From assembly GCF_009914755.1 (NCBI RefSeq), contig NC_060929.1: DNA of 64,000 nucleotides; one strand, given 5' to 3'. The stretch's first letter is position 1, and the number at the start of each line of letters is the position of its first letter. The notes beneath the pieces were generated by a model. It was not told where the DNA came from. It saw only the letters and a list, made by a program, of their open reading frames with translations, and did no database searches. The position numbers and the translations under genes were made by a program. The stretch is from the human T2T-CHM13v2.0 reference genome, Homo sapiens. Positions 40,771-54,075 of the stretch are shown here, one piece after another.

Positions 40771-41084
40771 TTCTTTCTTTCTTTCTTTTTTTTTTTTGAC
40801 ACAAGGTCTGGCTCTGTTGCTCAGGTTGGAGTGCAGTGGTGCAATCTTTGTTCACCAGATGCAACCTCTGCCTCCCAGGCTCAAGCCATCCTCCTGCCGC
40901 AGTCCCCCATGTAGCTGGGACTACAGGCGCATGCCACCACACTCAGCTAATTTTTGTAGTTTTTTCTAGGGACTGGGTTTCCCCATGTTGCCCAGGCTGG
41001 TCTTGAATTCTTGAGCTCAAGCAATCCACCTGCCTCTGCTTACCAAAGTGCTGAGATCACAGGCATGAACCACCATGTCCGGCC
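40771..41084 (-). mobile_element. AluJ
   Basis: T-rich tail; J-type GGCTCAAGCCATCCTCC and GAGCTCAAGCAATCCACC. Confidence 0.92.
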
Positions 41085-41624
41085 ACTGAAAATATTTCTA
41101 TTAATTCACTAATGACCTCCTTGTTGCAAAGCTAATTAATATTTTTCATTTTGATTTTACTTTATCTGCAGTACTGATACTGACAACAATTCTCTTTCTT
41201 TTTAATTAACTTAAAAACTATACAAATGCAAGATACACTCAAGGTAAAATATTCTACCAATATTGGAGGTATATTAAGTGGTAATTTGCAGCCCCTTTTT
41301 CTCTGTGACTCTTAAGTCTTATTTCTTAAAGACCTATTTTTGGCCATCTCTTCAGTATTTCTCCAGAAATATTCATTCAGATTCAGTATTTAAAAATATA
41401 CAATGAGATCATACCACACATATTGTTCTTCAACCTGCTCTTTTCATGCAATGTATTTTGAACATCTTCACATTATCTGCACATACAGAATCCATTCTTG
41501 ATAACTGCATCATATTGTTGTAAACTACTCCTTCTGAAAAGCTTCCGCTCTCCAGACCACCGCAGTGTCCCTCCTTCCCTCTGTGAGCATTTTCTGTCTC
41601 CTCTGCAAGATCCAGTTCCTGTTC

Positions 41625-41910
41625 CTGTGTGAGTTTGCTGAGGATAATGGCTCACTTATAAGTGGGAGCTGAACAATGAGAACACATGGACACGGCGGTG
41701 AACCACATAAACTGGGGCCTGTCGGGGGTTGGGGGGCGGTAGGAGGGAGAGCATCAGGATAAATAGCTAAGGCATGTGGAGCTTAATACCTAGGTGATGG
41801 GTTGATAGGTGCAGCAAACCACCATGACACACATTTACCTATGTAACAAACCTGTACATCCTACACATGTATCCTGAAACTTAAAAATTAAAAAAAAGTA
41901 AAAAAAAAAA
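41625..41910 (+). mobile_element. Short L1PA 3' end with a 28-bp 5' inversion
   Basis: Forward part CTCACTTATAAGTGGGAGCTGAAC..poly-A; inverted part CTGTGTGAGTTTGCTGAGGATAATGGCT; perfect 15-bp TSD ATCCAGTTCCTGTTC at 41610-41624 and 41910-41924. Confidence 0.93.
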
Positions 41911-41929
41911 TCCAGTTCCTGTTCTAAGT

Positions 41930-43460
41930 CTCAACTCCTACTCTCATCTTCTCCATGGTAGATGTCATCTACTCCCATTGTCACTATTATGTGCTGTTGA
42001 CTCTCTGATGTTTATCCTTTGTTCAGATCTCTCTTCTAACCTCCATACACAACTGTCTATGCATATTCCCACTTGTATATACTGCAAAAATCTAGAACTG
42101 AAAACATCAGGAACTCAACTCATTATCCTCCTTTGATCCCGTTCCCCAAACCTGCTTCTTCTCTCTAGTTTCCTATCACAGTGAATGCTATTCCCATCCA
42201 ACAAACTGCTAATGTCAGACACATGGGGTCCTTCTTAGTTTTGCTGTCTCCTCAGTCTTCCTGTTATCACCATTCTATTTTTAAAATTTTTATTTATTTA
42301 TTTTTAGATTTCAATAGCTTTTGGGGTACAGGTGGTTTTTGGTTATGTGGATGAATTATATAGTGGTGAATTCTGAGATTTTAGTGCACCTGTCACCTGA
42401 ATAGTGTATATTATACCCAACATGTAGATGTTTTTTCCTTTACTCCTTCCCATCCTTCCCCTTCTGAGTCTCCAAAGTTCATTATATCACTCTGTATGCC
42501 TTTGCTTACTCATAGTTTAGCTCCCACTTATAAGTAAGAACATATGGTATTCTGTTTTCCATTCCTGAGTTACTTCACTTAGAATAATGGCCTCCAGCTC
42601 CATTTAAGTTGCTGAAAAGGACATTTCATTCCTTTTTATGGCTGAGTAGTTCCATGGTATATATATACCATGTTTTCTTTTATCCACTCATTGGTCAGTG
42701 GGCACTTAAGTTTGTTCCATGTCTTTGCAACTGTAGATTGGTAATCACCAATTCTTATTGAGTCGAATTCCTAAATATTTTTTAACATAACCACTTATTT
42801 ACATCCTCATTGTTATTTCCTTAACAAAAGCCAACATAATTCCTCATCTAAATTACTGGAATAAGCCTCCTAATCAATAACCCTTCCTCTAGCCTTCTCC
42901 CCTTTTAATCCATTCTTTTCACTATGAGTGACATTTCTAAGACACAAGACATGACAAAGTCTTAATTTCTCCATGCAGCCAATAAGAGCCTTCAAAGTTC
43001 AAACATTGTTTTTCTGGTCTTATATCTCATCACTTTGTGTATCAGTTCTACACAAGCTAGGATAAACTTCTTTTGTAGTCCTAAATGGGCCCGACCATCT
43101 CCCATTCCTGGGCCTTTGCCCATGCTGTTGCTTTCTCCCAGAACCCATCTCCTCTGTGCATACTCTCTTTCTGCAACTTGACCAACTTTTGTTCAACTTC
43201 TGGTCTCAGCTTGGATATAATTTCCTGCAGCAATATCTTTTTTCACTCTCCCCTAAATCTAGTTGGCTGTCCACTTCACATGTCTGCACCTCCCTTCACA
43301 CACATTACATACAATTCTAATGACATTGCTTTGTAAGTTCTTGTTTCCATGACTTCGTCTCTTGCTGTACTGTAAGCTTGCTGAAGACAACAATCATGGC
43401 AATGTTATTTGCAGCTCTATGTGCCCACATTGCTTAGGCAGGGTAGATTATTAAATATTT
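41930..43460 (+). mobile_element. Fragmented L2, interrupted by L1PB
   Basis: CAGATCTCTCTTCTAACCTCCA, GAACTCAACTCATTATC, GGGCCTTTGCCCATGCTGTT, ACTGTAAGCTTGCTGAAGACA are L2-like. Confidence 0.6.
42277..42740 (-). mobile_element. L1PB1-like 3' end
   Basis: TTCAATAGCTTTTGGGGTACAGGTGGTTTTTGGTTATGTGGATGAATTATATAGTGGTGAATTCTGAG; approximate TSD GT(T/A)ATCACCA(A)TTCT. Confidence 0.88.
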
Positions 43461-44199
43461 ATAGAGTAATTCAGTTTCATGAAATAATGTCAACTTCATG
43501 AGAATTGACAGTCCTTTCCTAATTTTCTTTCTGTTGATTGGGATGGGGATGTAATATGCTGTACCCTTTCTCCCATTCCCTGCTTATCCCCAAATGGTGC
43601 ATATTTTTATTTCTTTAGGGAACTCAAGTAGAAACTAGACTCCCAGATTCTTAATAGAATCAGGAAATGACTGATAACTTTTTCCAGCTTTTCCCAAATT
43701 GATATGCATATCTCTTCTGTGATAGTGTCCTCCCAAGGCACAGAGGGCCCAAGGTCACACGCCTGCCACTGGCATTGGAAACCTCTGTGGGTACCACTTG
43801 TCACAGTCATGAGGCTGCAGGACTACTCTGACTCTCAGTGGACCCCTTCTCTATAGCAAATAGACAGTGATGGCATTGGTCTGGCCAATATATGAATCTT
43901 AAGATTCTTACGAGTTAATTACCTGTTAAAAGAAAGCTAGGAGGGTGATAAGAATGTAAAGTTTCAGGAAAAAATTAAAATGCCCAGCACTTTCCTACAA
44001 GGTAAACATTAATTTCTGGAAGAAAAAAATGTGTGGCCGGAAAGGTGATATGTTTATAGAATTCTCCTTATGGAATGCCACCATGGAGTCCTATGCATTC
44101 TGGATTTAATTACTGCCATTAGCCTGGGGCCATGCTGGAGCTGCTTATTGAACATTTTGCTGCTTTGACTTAGAGATGGAGAAGTATAATAAATTCATA

Positions 44200-44860
44200 A
44201 AATATCTGGAATGCAAAATTTATAGGATTGCGATTGAATTTGAGAAATGAGTGGGGTATGTTGGGAATAGGTTTCTAATGTGGATAACTAGATAGATGGG
44301 GGCTCCACAAAAGTGTAGGAAACAGAATGAGAAGTAGGTTTGAAGGCAGGAAAGGAATCATATGATTTTAGACATTTTCAGTTTCACTTTTCTGTGGACT
44401 GTTCAGGGGAAGATGGCCATTAAGATAAAGAGTTGAGAAGCTCATGAGAAATACCGTGCTAGAGATAGAGATTTCAGGATTCCTCAGCATAGAAATGGGA
44501 GCTGAAACCACGGCAACAGAAAAAAATTGGCTCTTAATTTTCTCTAACTGATTGTTCAGGCATGGATCCCCTATTCAACTCTGGTACCCCTTTACTTGAA
44601 ATTTCCAAGCCAGGTCCTCTCCATTCCTGCATCCAGTAACATCTTCTGAAATCCCAGCACATTTATGATTCACTTTCGGATCTCCTGGTGCTTCTTTCTG
44701 CCTGGGGTGGAGAAAGTGAGAGTGAGTATGTGTAGCATGAGGAAAGAAGAGGTAGGCAGAGGCAGGGGAACTCACTGAGGAAACAGAAAATAATTAATCA
44801 TAAAAGCAGGAGCAACTCCAGGAGGCTGAGAGGGGAGAGCTTCAAGAAGGAAGGAGTGGT
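44200..44860 (-). mobile_element. Decayed L2 fragments
   Basis: GGTTTCTA..GGATAACTAGATAGATGG, TTTTAGACATTT, GGAGAGCTTCAAGAAGGAAGGAGTGGT. Confidence 0.45.
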
Positions 44861-45374
44861 TAGAAAACAACTCCTTTGGATTTTCTTCTGAGCTGGTAAA
44901 ATCTGAGTTTCCTTCTCCCAGAGGACAGTGACCACAATTGCCCTATTGCTTGCTGCTTGCTATGATATTTTTCATCTCTAAGAATATTTCTAGAAGGAGC
45001 CAGAGTGAAGTAAGATGAAAGGTCTCCCTTGGAAAAGTGTGATACATGAGAGAATGAACTACTTTGGGAAATTACATTTAAAATGATCCTCATACTAATT
45101 TATCCTATGGATGGGAGGCTCGGCTGGTTCCTTCTCAGATGTGCATCCCCTAGCAAGTTGCTTCATTGGCTTTCCACCTTGAGCAAGGCCGCTTTGCTCG
45201 GCATGGCTTGGCATCTGAGAATACCTTACTTGGTTGTCACCAGCTTCCTTGTCAACCACAAAGATGGGTGCATGTTACTTTGAAAGGAACCTTTACCCAT
45301 ATGTTTCAACTAGGTTATGAAAGTGAGCATTAAATTTTCAGTTTAGCAAAACTCTCAAGGAATGTGGGAAATAG

Positions 45375-45780
<406 letters not shown>

Positions 45781-46859
45781 ATTTTTTAAAGTCATTTTTC
45801 ATTTTGTTCATAGTAGTTTTGATGAGACTATGTCCTAATATTCTCTTCAAATAAACAGTTTAGTCAGAACGCCCTGCTTTGGTAAAATAGATCCCAAGTA
45901 CATGCCTTACAGATTGGAGAGGGACTGGATGGTTGGGATGGGATAGGACAGACAGCAGTGGCAGCAGTTCTTTCAGTGTGGAACAGACATGTAAGCCACT
46001 TGTGGCCGTGTATATTTTAAGGGCAATGGAAAAGGAGTTATTGAATATCACTGCGTTGGGTGCTTCCCACACACGTGTTATTGTGTCGGTATTATTGTTC
46101 CCATTTTACCTGAAAAGAAAATGACAGTGAGATGAACTTGTCCAAGGCCACACTGTAGGTCACAAATATTCTGACTCATGAAGTTCCCAATGCAGGAAGA
46201 TTTCTTATGAAAAAGGTGAGGCATACACTTGATTTGAGTAACACAATGCCTTGATCAGAGCGTTATTTTTGTTTCAGTGCCAATAACCACAGTATTTTTC
46301 CAGCGAGATACTGATGTTTTGTCTTTTTTCCTCACTTGCTCAAATGAGTCAGTCACAGACTTTTAAAAGCTTAAAAAGGTAATTGAATAAACTGTCCTTG
46401 TAAAAGCACTCTGGGCCTAAGGAGGTTTGACAGTTCTGGCTTATGTTAAAGACAGAGAATTATATTTTAAAGATAATTGCATGCTCTTTTTGATAAACCA
46501 AAACATTCACAAACACAGGCACAGTGTCAGCCTCATCTGCTGAGCCAGCTGATGGCTGCGATTAGCTTTGGGGTAATGACTCTTCTATTACTTAGGGAGA
46601 AGAGAGTCCTGCAGGATCTTAGTGGGTAAAGGGAGAACAGACTGGCTCAGTGGGCCAGCCTTCACATGTAACTCCACACTGCTTTCGGAATCCAGTACGT
46701 TCATTCAGAAGGCTGTGAGTGAACTCTACACTACACACTCATAGTTAAGTTATACAGGAGGCCCTAGGAAATGACACACAACTAAAGTAACACAGCCACT
46801 TGCAGTATATTATTTCATCTCTCTGATTGCTACCATAATATGTATTGAACTAATACTCA

Positions 46860-47630
46860 CTGATTGCTCCTTCTCTGTGTCCTTTGCTAGTTTGTCCATA
46901 TCTTCCAGATCTCCATGCTTTCCAGGGCTAGGATCCACTTCTCTCTATCTGATTCTTTTACTGAGCTATCTTATCACAGGTCACCAAATACCATCTGGAA
47001 GCTGGTGACTTCCAAAGGTAAATCTTCAACCCAACTTCTCCTCCAAACTCCAGGCTCATATCTAATGGCCTCCTTGACATTTCCTCTTGATTTCTAATAG
47101 ACTTTCTAAACCCAATATGTTCAAAATGGACTGACTTCCTAATCACCAACCTTCCACCTTCCATCAGCCTATTTCTTTTCTGTATCTTAGTAAAAATCTG
47201 TCCAGCTTCTCAGACTAAATAAATTTTGAATTATCCTTTACTTCTCTCTTTTTATTACTGTCCACATCTAAACCATCAACACATTATATTAGTTCTATCT
47301 CTAGAATATATCTGGAATCCAACCACTTTTCACCATGTATTTCTGTATCATCTGAGTCTGAGCCACTGTCGTCTCTCATCACCCTTACACAGCAACCAGA
47401 GTGATCCCTTTAAATGAGATTTAAAAGACATTACGTTCTGCTCAAAACCCTCCAGTGGGTTCCTTATCACTTGGAACATAAGTGAAAATTCTTACAATGG
47501 CCAACGATACTCCCTGCTCCTACCACCACCCTATCTCTTCTTTGACCATATCTCTTCCTATTCTTCGTCTGGCTCACTTCACTCCTCCCACACTCATCTC
47601 CCTGCTAGTCATTGAACATATCAGGCACAC
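46860..47630 (+). mobile_element. L2 fragment
   Basis: AACTCCAGGCTCATATCTAA, TGTTCAAAATGGACT, CAGCAACCAGAGTGATCCCTTTAAA, CTGCTCAAAACCCTCCAGTGG. Confidence 0.7.
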
Positions 47631-47634
47631 TTAC

Positions 47635-47790
47635 TAAGAAGCTTTGTTAAAACACAGATTTCTTCCATGCAGAAGGTCTGGGGTGTGACTGGTTAATTTG
47701 CATTTTTAGAAATGCAAATTGTTAGAAATACAAATCTAGAAAGGTTCTAGGTGATCTAACTACGTGGTGCTATGGTGATGAACCAAATCT
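47635..47790. mobile_element. MER5A remnant containing an inverted insertion
   Basis: TTGTTAAAACACAGATT..AGGTCTGGGGTG..AATTTGCATTT..AGGTGAT. Confidence 0.65.
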
Positions 47791-47999
47791 CTGGGTGAGT
47801 GGATGGAAGCTCTGACTTACTGTGTTTGCTGATTTCTGTGATGTGAATGCTTCCACCACAGCCAATATCAAACTGATCAACTGGATCACACAATTCCTGA
47901 AGATTTAACAATCGGCTATCACGAGTGCACCACCATAGCCTCTGGTCCAGAAGAGCTCTCCAGGGCCTACTTGGGGGAAAGAGTGAGGAAGGGAGCAAT

Positions 48000-48190
48000 T
48001 ATCTATTGAGCATTTATGATATGCCAGTCACTGTTCTGGTCCTTGACATAAAATGTTTCACTTGGTCCTCAACAAATGTATGAGATTATGTTTTGCAATT
48101 TTAGTTTTTTAGAGGAGGAAACTGAGAAGTAAAATTACTTGAGTCACACCCCTGAGATTTGAAACTAGAAACCCAAAGTCCTTCTCCTTC
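48000..48190 (-). mobile_element. MIR
   Basis: TATTGAGCATTTA..TGCCAGTCACTGTTCT..AGAGGAGGAAACTGAGA..GATTTGAAACTAG. Confidence 0.65.
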
Positions 48191-49421
48191 TAAAACAAAA
48201 CACAACAAAACAATACCTTGGGCCTCTTTGGGTGGCACCATATCACTGAGGACATCACTGTAGGGCTGGGGGATGAAAGATGGGAGAAGCTGAAGGTAAC
48301 CTATGGCATAGATATAGTCTGACCTTAAAGGTGACAAAATATTGTCCAATTGAGTTTTTAGAAGGAAGCTGTGATGAGTAAACCTATACTTGAAGTAGGT
48401 TAACCACGTGGGGGCTGCAGCTCTCTGAGCTAATCACAGCCAATGAGCCAAGTGCAGCTAGAGAACATGTTCCCTTCCCTGGTTACTGCCTGATAATCCA
48501 GGAACTAGTAATTTCAGATCAAAGGAGACTGCAAAGCTCATATATTGAGAATTCTGATGCCAGGTGCTAAAATAACCTTCCTTTGAGGGCAAGTAAATTC
48601 CCTCAATTGATGGAACAGAAGTTGCTCCAGGCAAAGGTCCCACTTGTTCCTCTGCTTAATTGCCTTGCTACCCTCCTTCTGGATGGAGCTTCAATCACTG
48701 TATTTCCTAAGCTTGGAACCCCTGGGACAGGTTTCCACTGGCATGCTTTTTAAGCAACTGGGGTGATTATCCAGGCATCAAAATTGCTTTCCTCGGGCTT
48801 TTTTTAAAAGCCAAGTTTAGTTTCTGCTCTTCTGAATCGTCTGGAACACTGCCCTCTGCCTCACCATCCTGTGCCAGTGGAGACCTGGTCTCAGGCTGGG
48901 CAGCTGAGCTACCTGGCCTAAACAAAAAGGCTCCAGGCCCTAAAGGTTACAGACCTTATGCTGACCCAAGAGTCCAAGGCAATGCAAAGCAAAGTCCAGG
49001 GTGATGAAAATGAAGTTGCATTTTCTGAGCTGCCTTGTTCTTCACAGTTTTTATTAGATTATTTTATGGAGAGCTCTGGACTCTTGCAGCCCCTGAGGCA
49101 TTTCGATGGAGCTTAAAGTGGCAGAGGAAAAGTAACCCTGAAGAGGAACAGGGAAGGCTCCATCTCTCTTCTGTAGATGGGCAAGCAAAGGATATTCCAT
49201 TTCTTTCGTCATTACACATTCATTCATTTATTCACTCACTCATTCATTCAAATGCCGTTAGAGCAAGTACAGTGGAAAACTAGAGGAAGGAGACATTACT
49301 CTGTAGATGAGAGAACACTTCTTGGAAAGCTTTAAGAATAGCTTTTCGAGATATAGTTATGAGGACATGCTAGGTGGGAGGAAGGGAGAGACCCAAGGCT
49401 CAGAACCTCCAAATGTCAGAA

Positions 49422-49450
<29 letters not shown>
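49422..49450. repeat. (TG)n microsatellite
   Basis: Read directly from the sequence. Confidence 0.95.
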
Positions 49451-49452
<2 letters not shown>

Positions 49453-49779
49453 AACCCATTCTGAAGGACAAGAATCAAAGCCACCAAAATGTGGAATTCT
49501 TTTAACTTGTTATGTTTCATCTAAGCCCTTCTTACAGTCCTCAGGACGGACTGAGAAATGTGCTGCCATTTCCTTTTCTCCTCGTAAGGCCTCCTGTACC
49601 TCAAAGCCAAAAAGCAGAAATGGATATAAGGTTTTGTCTGACATGAATCTGCTTAGAGAGAGTGAAGGCTAACTTTTGGAGTTCATATGACTACTTCTTA
49701 CCTGCAGGGGGTTCTTTGAGAGGACCTAATAACAGAGAATCGAAATGTCACCTTAGTGACTAGATGACCTAGGGATGCT

Positions 49780-50000
49780 GAGCCAAGACTAAGCACACTC
49801 ACCCACCCAAGCCCTGACAGGAGGAGCGGTGGAGGCGTGGCCCCTGGTGTGAAAGAAGCAAGGTGCTGGGAGAAGCAGGCTGTGTTTATTCTCCCCATTA
49901 CCTCATTACCACTCCACTTCCCCCAGGAGAGTGCGAAAAGGCAGGGTGGGGGGCGGGGAGCCAGACCAGCATTGTAACCCCAGTGGGGTCCCCTCCACCA
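49780..50000. promoter_or_regulatory. Candidate GC-box promoter/enhancer patch
   Basis: Non-repeat, GC-richer sequence with GGAGGCGTGGC (49831-49841) and GGGGCGGGG (49950-49958); strong minus-strand splice donors nearby. Confidence 0.35.
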
Positions 50001-50198
50001 GGACAATGGGAGTGAGGAAGAAGCATTTAACCCTAATATCATGCACTGGTTAGAGAAAGGAAACGTGGCTGGAGGTTATGGTTATCCTCAAAAGAGGAAA
50101 GGTGAACTTCTTCTACAAATGAGGGTCATCATAAAACATTTCCAGCGGAGCGTTTCTTTTTTCTTCTTCCATGAGATGTAGAGATGGGAAAAGCTTAC

Positions 50199-50259
50199 CT
50201 TACAGAAACTAGTCCCCGGCAGGCAGCCGACCCTCCGTGGGTTCTGTTGACAGTGATTC
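50199..50259 (-). other. Candidate 61-nt internal exon (probably non-coding)
   Basis: Minus strand: long pyrimidine tract ..CTCCTCTTCTCACTCCTCCTTTGCCTGCCAG|GAATC ... CTGTAAG|GTAAGC. Confidence 0.4.
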
Positions 50260-52261
50260 CTGGCAGGCAAAGGAGGAGTGAGAAGAGGAGTAAGAAGGGT
50301 CAAGAGAGAAAGGGCCTGGTGCAGCGAGAGATGGGCCGGGGGAGCCTTTGAGCCTTTGGGAATGAAGCAGATGTAACTTGACTGTATCTCTCCAGTACTT
50401 TATAAAAGAGAAAAGGATGATGGCAATTTTGTAGGGCAAGAGTAGAATAAGGCTGAGTTTGTGCTGTCTTATGCCTTCAAAAGAGAAGGAAGGAAAGAAG
50501 GACCAAATATGGAATTGGACTTCATTTCTAAGCGTGAACCTTCATCACTTTCATCAGTAGCCATCTGGCATGCTGCGTTCCATGGCATTTCTCTAAAATG
50601 ACTGGCAACCTCCAACAGTTTCCTTGGCACCGCCACTGAGAAGCCTCCGTCCTCAGCGACGTGCTGGAAATAGTCAAAGCTCTACACACGCAGGTAATAA
50701 TACTTGGCTTATCAGCACCTTATTCAACCCCAATACAGCGAAGCCCTCCCCTCTGTGTGATACTTCCAGATGCAGATTCAGAACTTCTTTGTTTTTGTCT
50801 CCTTCTCATGAGGCTTCTAGAAAGAGTGCCAGTAATGGCGAAGAATAGCAATGCACAGATACATATAAAAATATTCCCCTCCTTTAGGTTTCCATATCAC
50901 TGTATTCACATATCTTTACAGCACTTATTATATGGTACTATAATTATCTGTTTATATGTCTGTATCTTCCAGTAGATTTTAGCACTTAGAGAAGTGAAAA
51001 TACATCCATTTCATCTGTGCACCCTCATCACTGAGCACAGATGCTCAAGGAAGGCTTGGATGGACAAATTTTTCAGCTTTATGCTTTCTACCCTTAGTAC
51101 AACTGGTTCACAACAGGCAAAGCAATCACCCATTTTCAGAATATAAATGAAACTCTTAACTTTTCCAGAAATAGATAATTCTGAAGAAGATTTTCTTTTG
51201 TTTTCTAAGAAGTATGGACCTTTCTCCAGGTGCTATGAGAGGAACCAAGCCAACACTCAAAGCAGCCCTGACCAAGAAAACCAGGACATTTTCTACAAGC
51301 ATAAAAGTGTTCTGGTATTCCAGCCAACATTTGGATTTGGCAATTGATTTGACTGACTTGGTCCAAGAATTTATTCAGGCTTTCAAGTCACCAAACTGAA
51401 TCTCTCAGCATTTTGGAAGAGAGAAAAAAATATATACACACGAAAAAAATCACACGAAGATTTGACAGACCGATAAAAGTTTACCATAATCGTGTCATAA
51501 GAAGTTTACTTTATGCTAGAGGGAAGAGAAAACATACAGAACCAAGATTTGGACAGAACTAAGTTCTCTCAAGAACGGAGCCCATAAATTGGCAAGCCCC
51601 TGTAACATTTTATGAAAAAATTTTTGATTGAGCAAATAGCTTTTATTGATTAAATTTGTACGTCCAAATGAAACTCTGCTTCTTTTATGTTATAGTTGGT
51701 TTCTAAACCTGCTGCTTTACGTTTGTATCCATGGGTGCACATGCATACCATCTACTCAGTAATATTCAGTGATGTCAAATGCCTTGCTGAAAAAAATGGA
51801 TGTGTCTGTAAACCTCAGGCGATGGCTAAATTATGTGTGACAATATTTGACACAGCAAAAATTCCTGAGCAAGTGAAGAACTTGGGGCATATCTTGAAGA
51901 TATCACCATGGTTTTTGACTTGTAATCAAATTTTCTTATAAGAGTCTTCAGACTATTAATTCTCTGATGTGAAGTAGCTTCTCTAGTTGACAATACTTTC
52001 TGAAACTATCTAAGCTCTGATGATATTTGTTTGTGGTGGCATTTGTATAGTCTCCTCCAGGCTCTACTTTGAAGAAATTTCACTACTGAGATGCACATGT
52101 AAATACCCCAAAAATTGGACTATCTGTACCGAGCATGCATTTTCCATTTTATTGTCTCCCAAACAACAGGGACTGGTTTGTTAAACCAGCTAGATATCAC
52201 TTGTGGAAAGCAATATTTCTCAAGCTCTGAAACAAAATAGGCTTCTTTAAAACATTTAAAA

Positions 52262-52965
52262 ACAATAATTTCAACTTTTATTATAGAGTCAGTGAGTACA
52301 TGTGCAGGTTTGTTACCTGGGTGTAGTGTGTGGTTCTGAGGATTAGGGTAGTGAGCATAGCACCCAATAGCTAGTTTTTCAACACGTGTTCCCCTCCCTC
52401 CCACCTGCCTCTAGTAGTCCCCAGTATTTATTGTTGCCATCTTTATGTCCATGAGTACCCAATGTTTAGCTCCCACTTATAAGTGAGAATACGTGGTATT
52501 TGGTTTTCTGTTGCTGTGGTAATTTGCTTAGAATAATGGCCTCCAGCTACATCCATGTTGCTGCAAATGACATAATTTAGTTATTTCTTGTGGCTGTGTA
52601 GTATTCCATGATAGATATGTACCACATTTTCTTTGTAAGCCTATTGATAGGCACCTAGGTTGAATCTATGTCTTTGCTATTGTGACTAGTGCTGTGATGA
52701 ACATACAAGTGTGTGTGTCATTTTGGTGCAACAGTTTATTTTTATAACAGAAATGTCTGTTCATGTCTTTTGCCCGCTTTTTAATGGTTTTTGTTTTGTT
52801 TTGTTTTGTTGCTTGTTGAATTATTTAAGTTCCTTACAGATCCTGGATATTAGACCTTTGTCAGATGCATAGTTTGCAATTATTTTCTCCTATTCAGTTC
52901 ATTGTCTGTTTACTCTGTCGATAGTTCCTTTTGCTGTGCAGCAGCTCTTTAATAAGGTCCTACTT
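52262..52965 (-). mobile_element. L1PA15/16-like 3' end with an internal deletion
   Basis: TTTCAACTTTTATT..GTACATGTGCAGGTTTGTTAC..GCTCCCACTTATAAGTGAGAA; jumps at ~52745 into ORF2-end sequence. Confidence 0.87.
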
Positions 52966-52971
52966 GTTTCA

Positions 52972-53250
52972 TTTTTTTTTAGAGAGGGGGGATCTCACTT
53001 TGTCACCCAGGTTGGAGTGCATGGTACAACCATAGTTTACTGTAAACTTGTTCAGGAGATTCTCCTGTCTCAGTCTCCTGAGCAGCTGGGGCTACGGGTG
53101 AACACCACAGTGCCTGGCTAATATTTGAAATTTTTTGTAGAGATGGGGTCTCACTGTGTTGCCCAGGTTTGTCTCAAACTCCTGGCCTCAAGTGATCCTC
53201 TTGCCTCGGCCTTCCAAAATGCTGGGCTTACAGGTGTGAGCCACTGCACC
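52972..53250 (-). mobile_element. AluJ, partly deleted
   Basis: GTCACCCAGGTTGGAGTGCA..TTTTTTGTAGAGATGGGGTCTCACTGTGTTGCCCAGG..GTGAGCCACTGCACCC. Confidence 0.88.
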
Positions 53251-53689
53251 CTACTTCTTTTAAAAGCAAAAGAAAATTCTTGAAGATTCCCTTGGGGGTC
53301 GTTGGATCCCTGTTGGACTGACACTGATTTAAGAAATTAGAGTTCCAACTCATGAAAATATCTTTTCAAAGAGAATCTCAAAGATCAACATTCCTCTGAT
53401 ATTCAAATAAGGAAACATATAGTAATCATTTGATAGATTTTTTACAACCAGAGTTATGAAAAATTCTGAGAACAAAGGATGCACCTACAAATAAAAGACT
53501 CTCTCCAGAAGTCTGAGTATTTTGAATCTCAGTTAAGTAAATGATGGAAAAGAACTAATGATTTCTCACTTTGAAGATGTAAAGATTAAAGAGAAGTGAA
53601 TAAGCTTTTGAATTGTATGTAGACTGTTATTTAAACCTTCTTTCAGAGATTTAGAGTCCATTATTGGGCTACTATTGTTGGTAGTTCTA

Positions 53690-53870
53690 TAGTAGAGTAA
53701 GAGTGTGGATTTTGGAGTTAGACACATGCAGGAGTAGATGTATAGTTTGCTGACTTAGAAATTAGTGGTGAGATCTTAGGCAAGTTATTTAACCACTCCT
53801 AGTCTCATTTTTCTCAAGGTAAAATGGGATTAACCACTGTTTAGGAATTTTGTGAGGTCTAGAAAAAAAT
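53690..53870 (+). mobile_element. MIR
   Basis: GTGGATTTTGGAGTTAGAC..AGGCAAGTTATTTAACC..GTAAAATGGGAT. Confidence 0.65.
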
Positions 53871-53929
53871 ACAGTATGTTTCTTATAAATAAACACTTAG
53901 AAAGTGGTTATGATTATTTTTACTGTATA

Positions 53930-54075
53930 TATGTTTGTTTCTCATTGTACTTTCACCTACTTGAGGTCAGAGACAGTCTTACCCACATTAATATGTCCAG
54001 CATGTCAAAATTCAGACCAGGGTAGTGGTTTAACAAAGGTAACTGAAAGAATGAATGAATGAATGAATGAATGGG
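53930..54075 (+). mobile_element. L2 tail ending in (GAAT)n
   Basis: CTTGAGGTCAGAGACAGTCTT..GAATGAATGAATGAATGAATGAAT. Confidence 0.55.

Noticed and set aside
51147-51399. Possible coding exon after TTTCTCCAG at ~51229
   Set aside because: An acceptor-like site is present, but there is no convincing donor and no recognisable protein similarity
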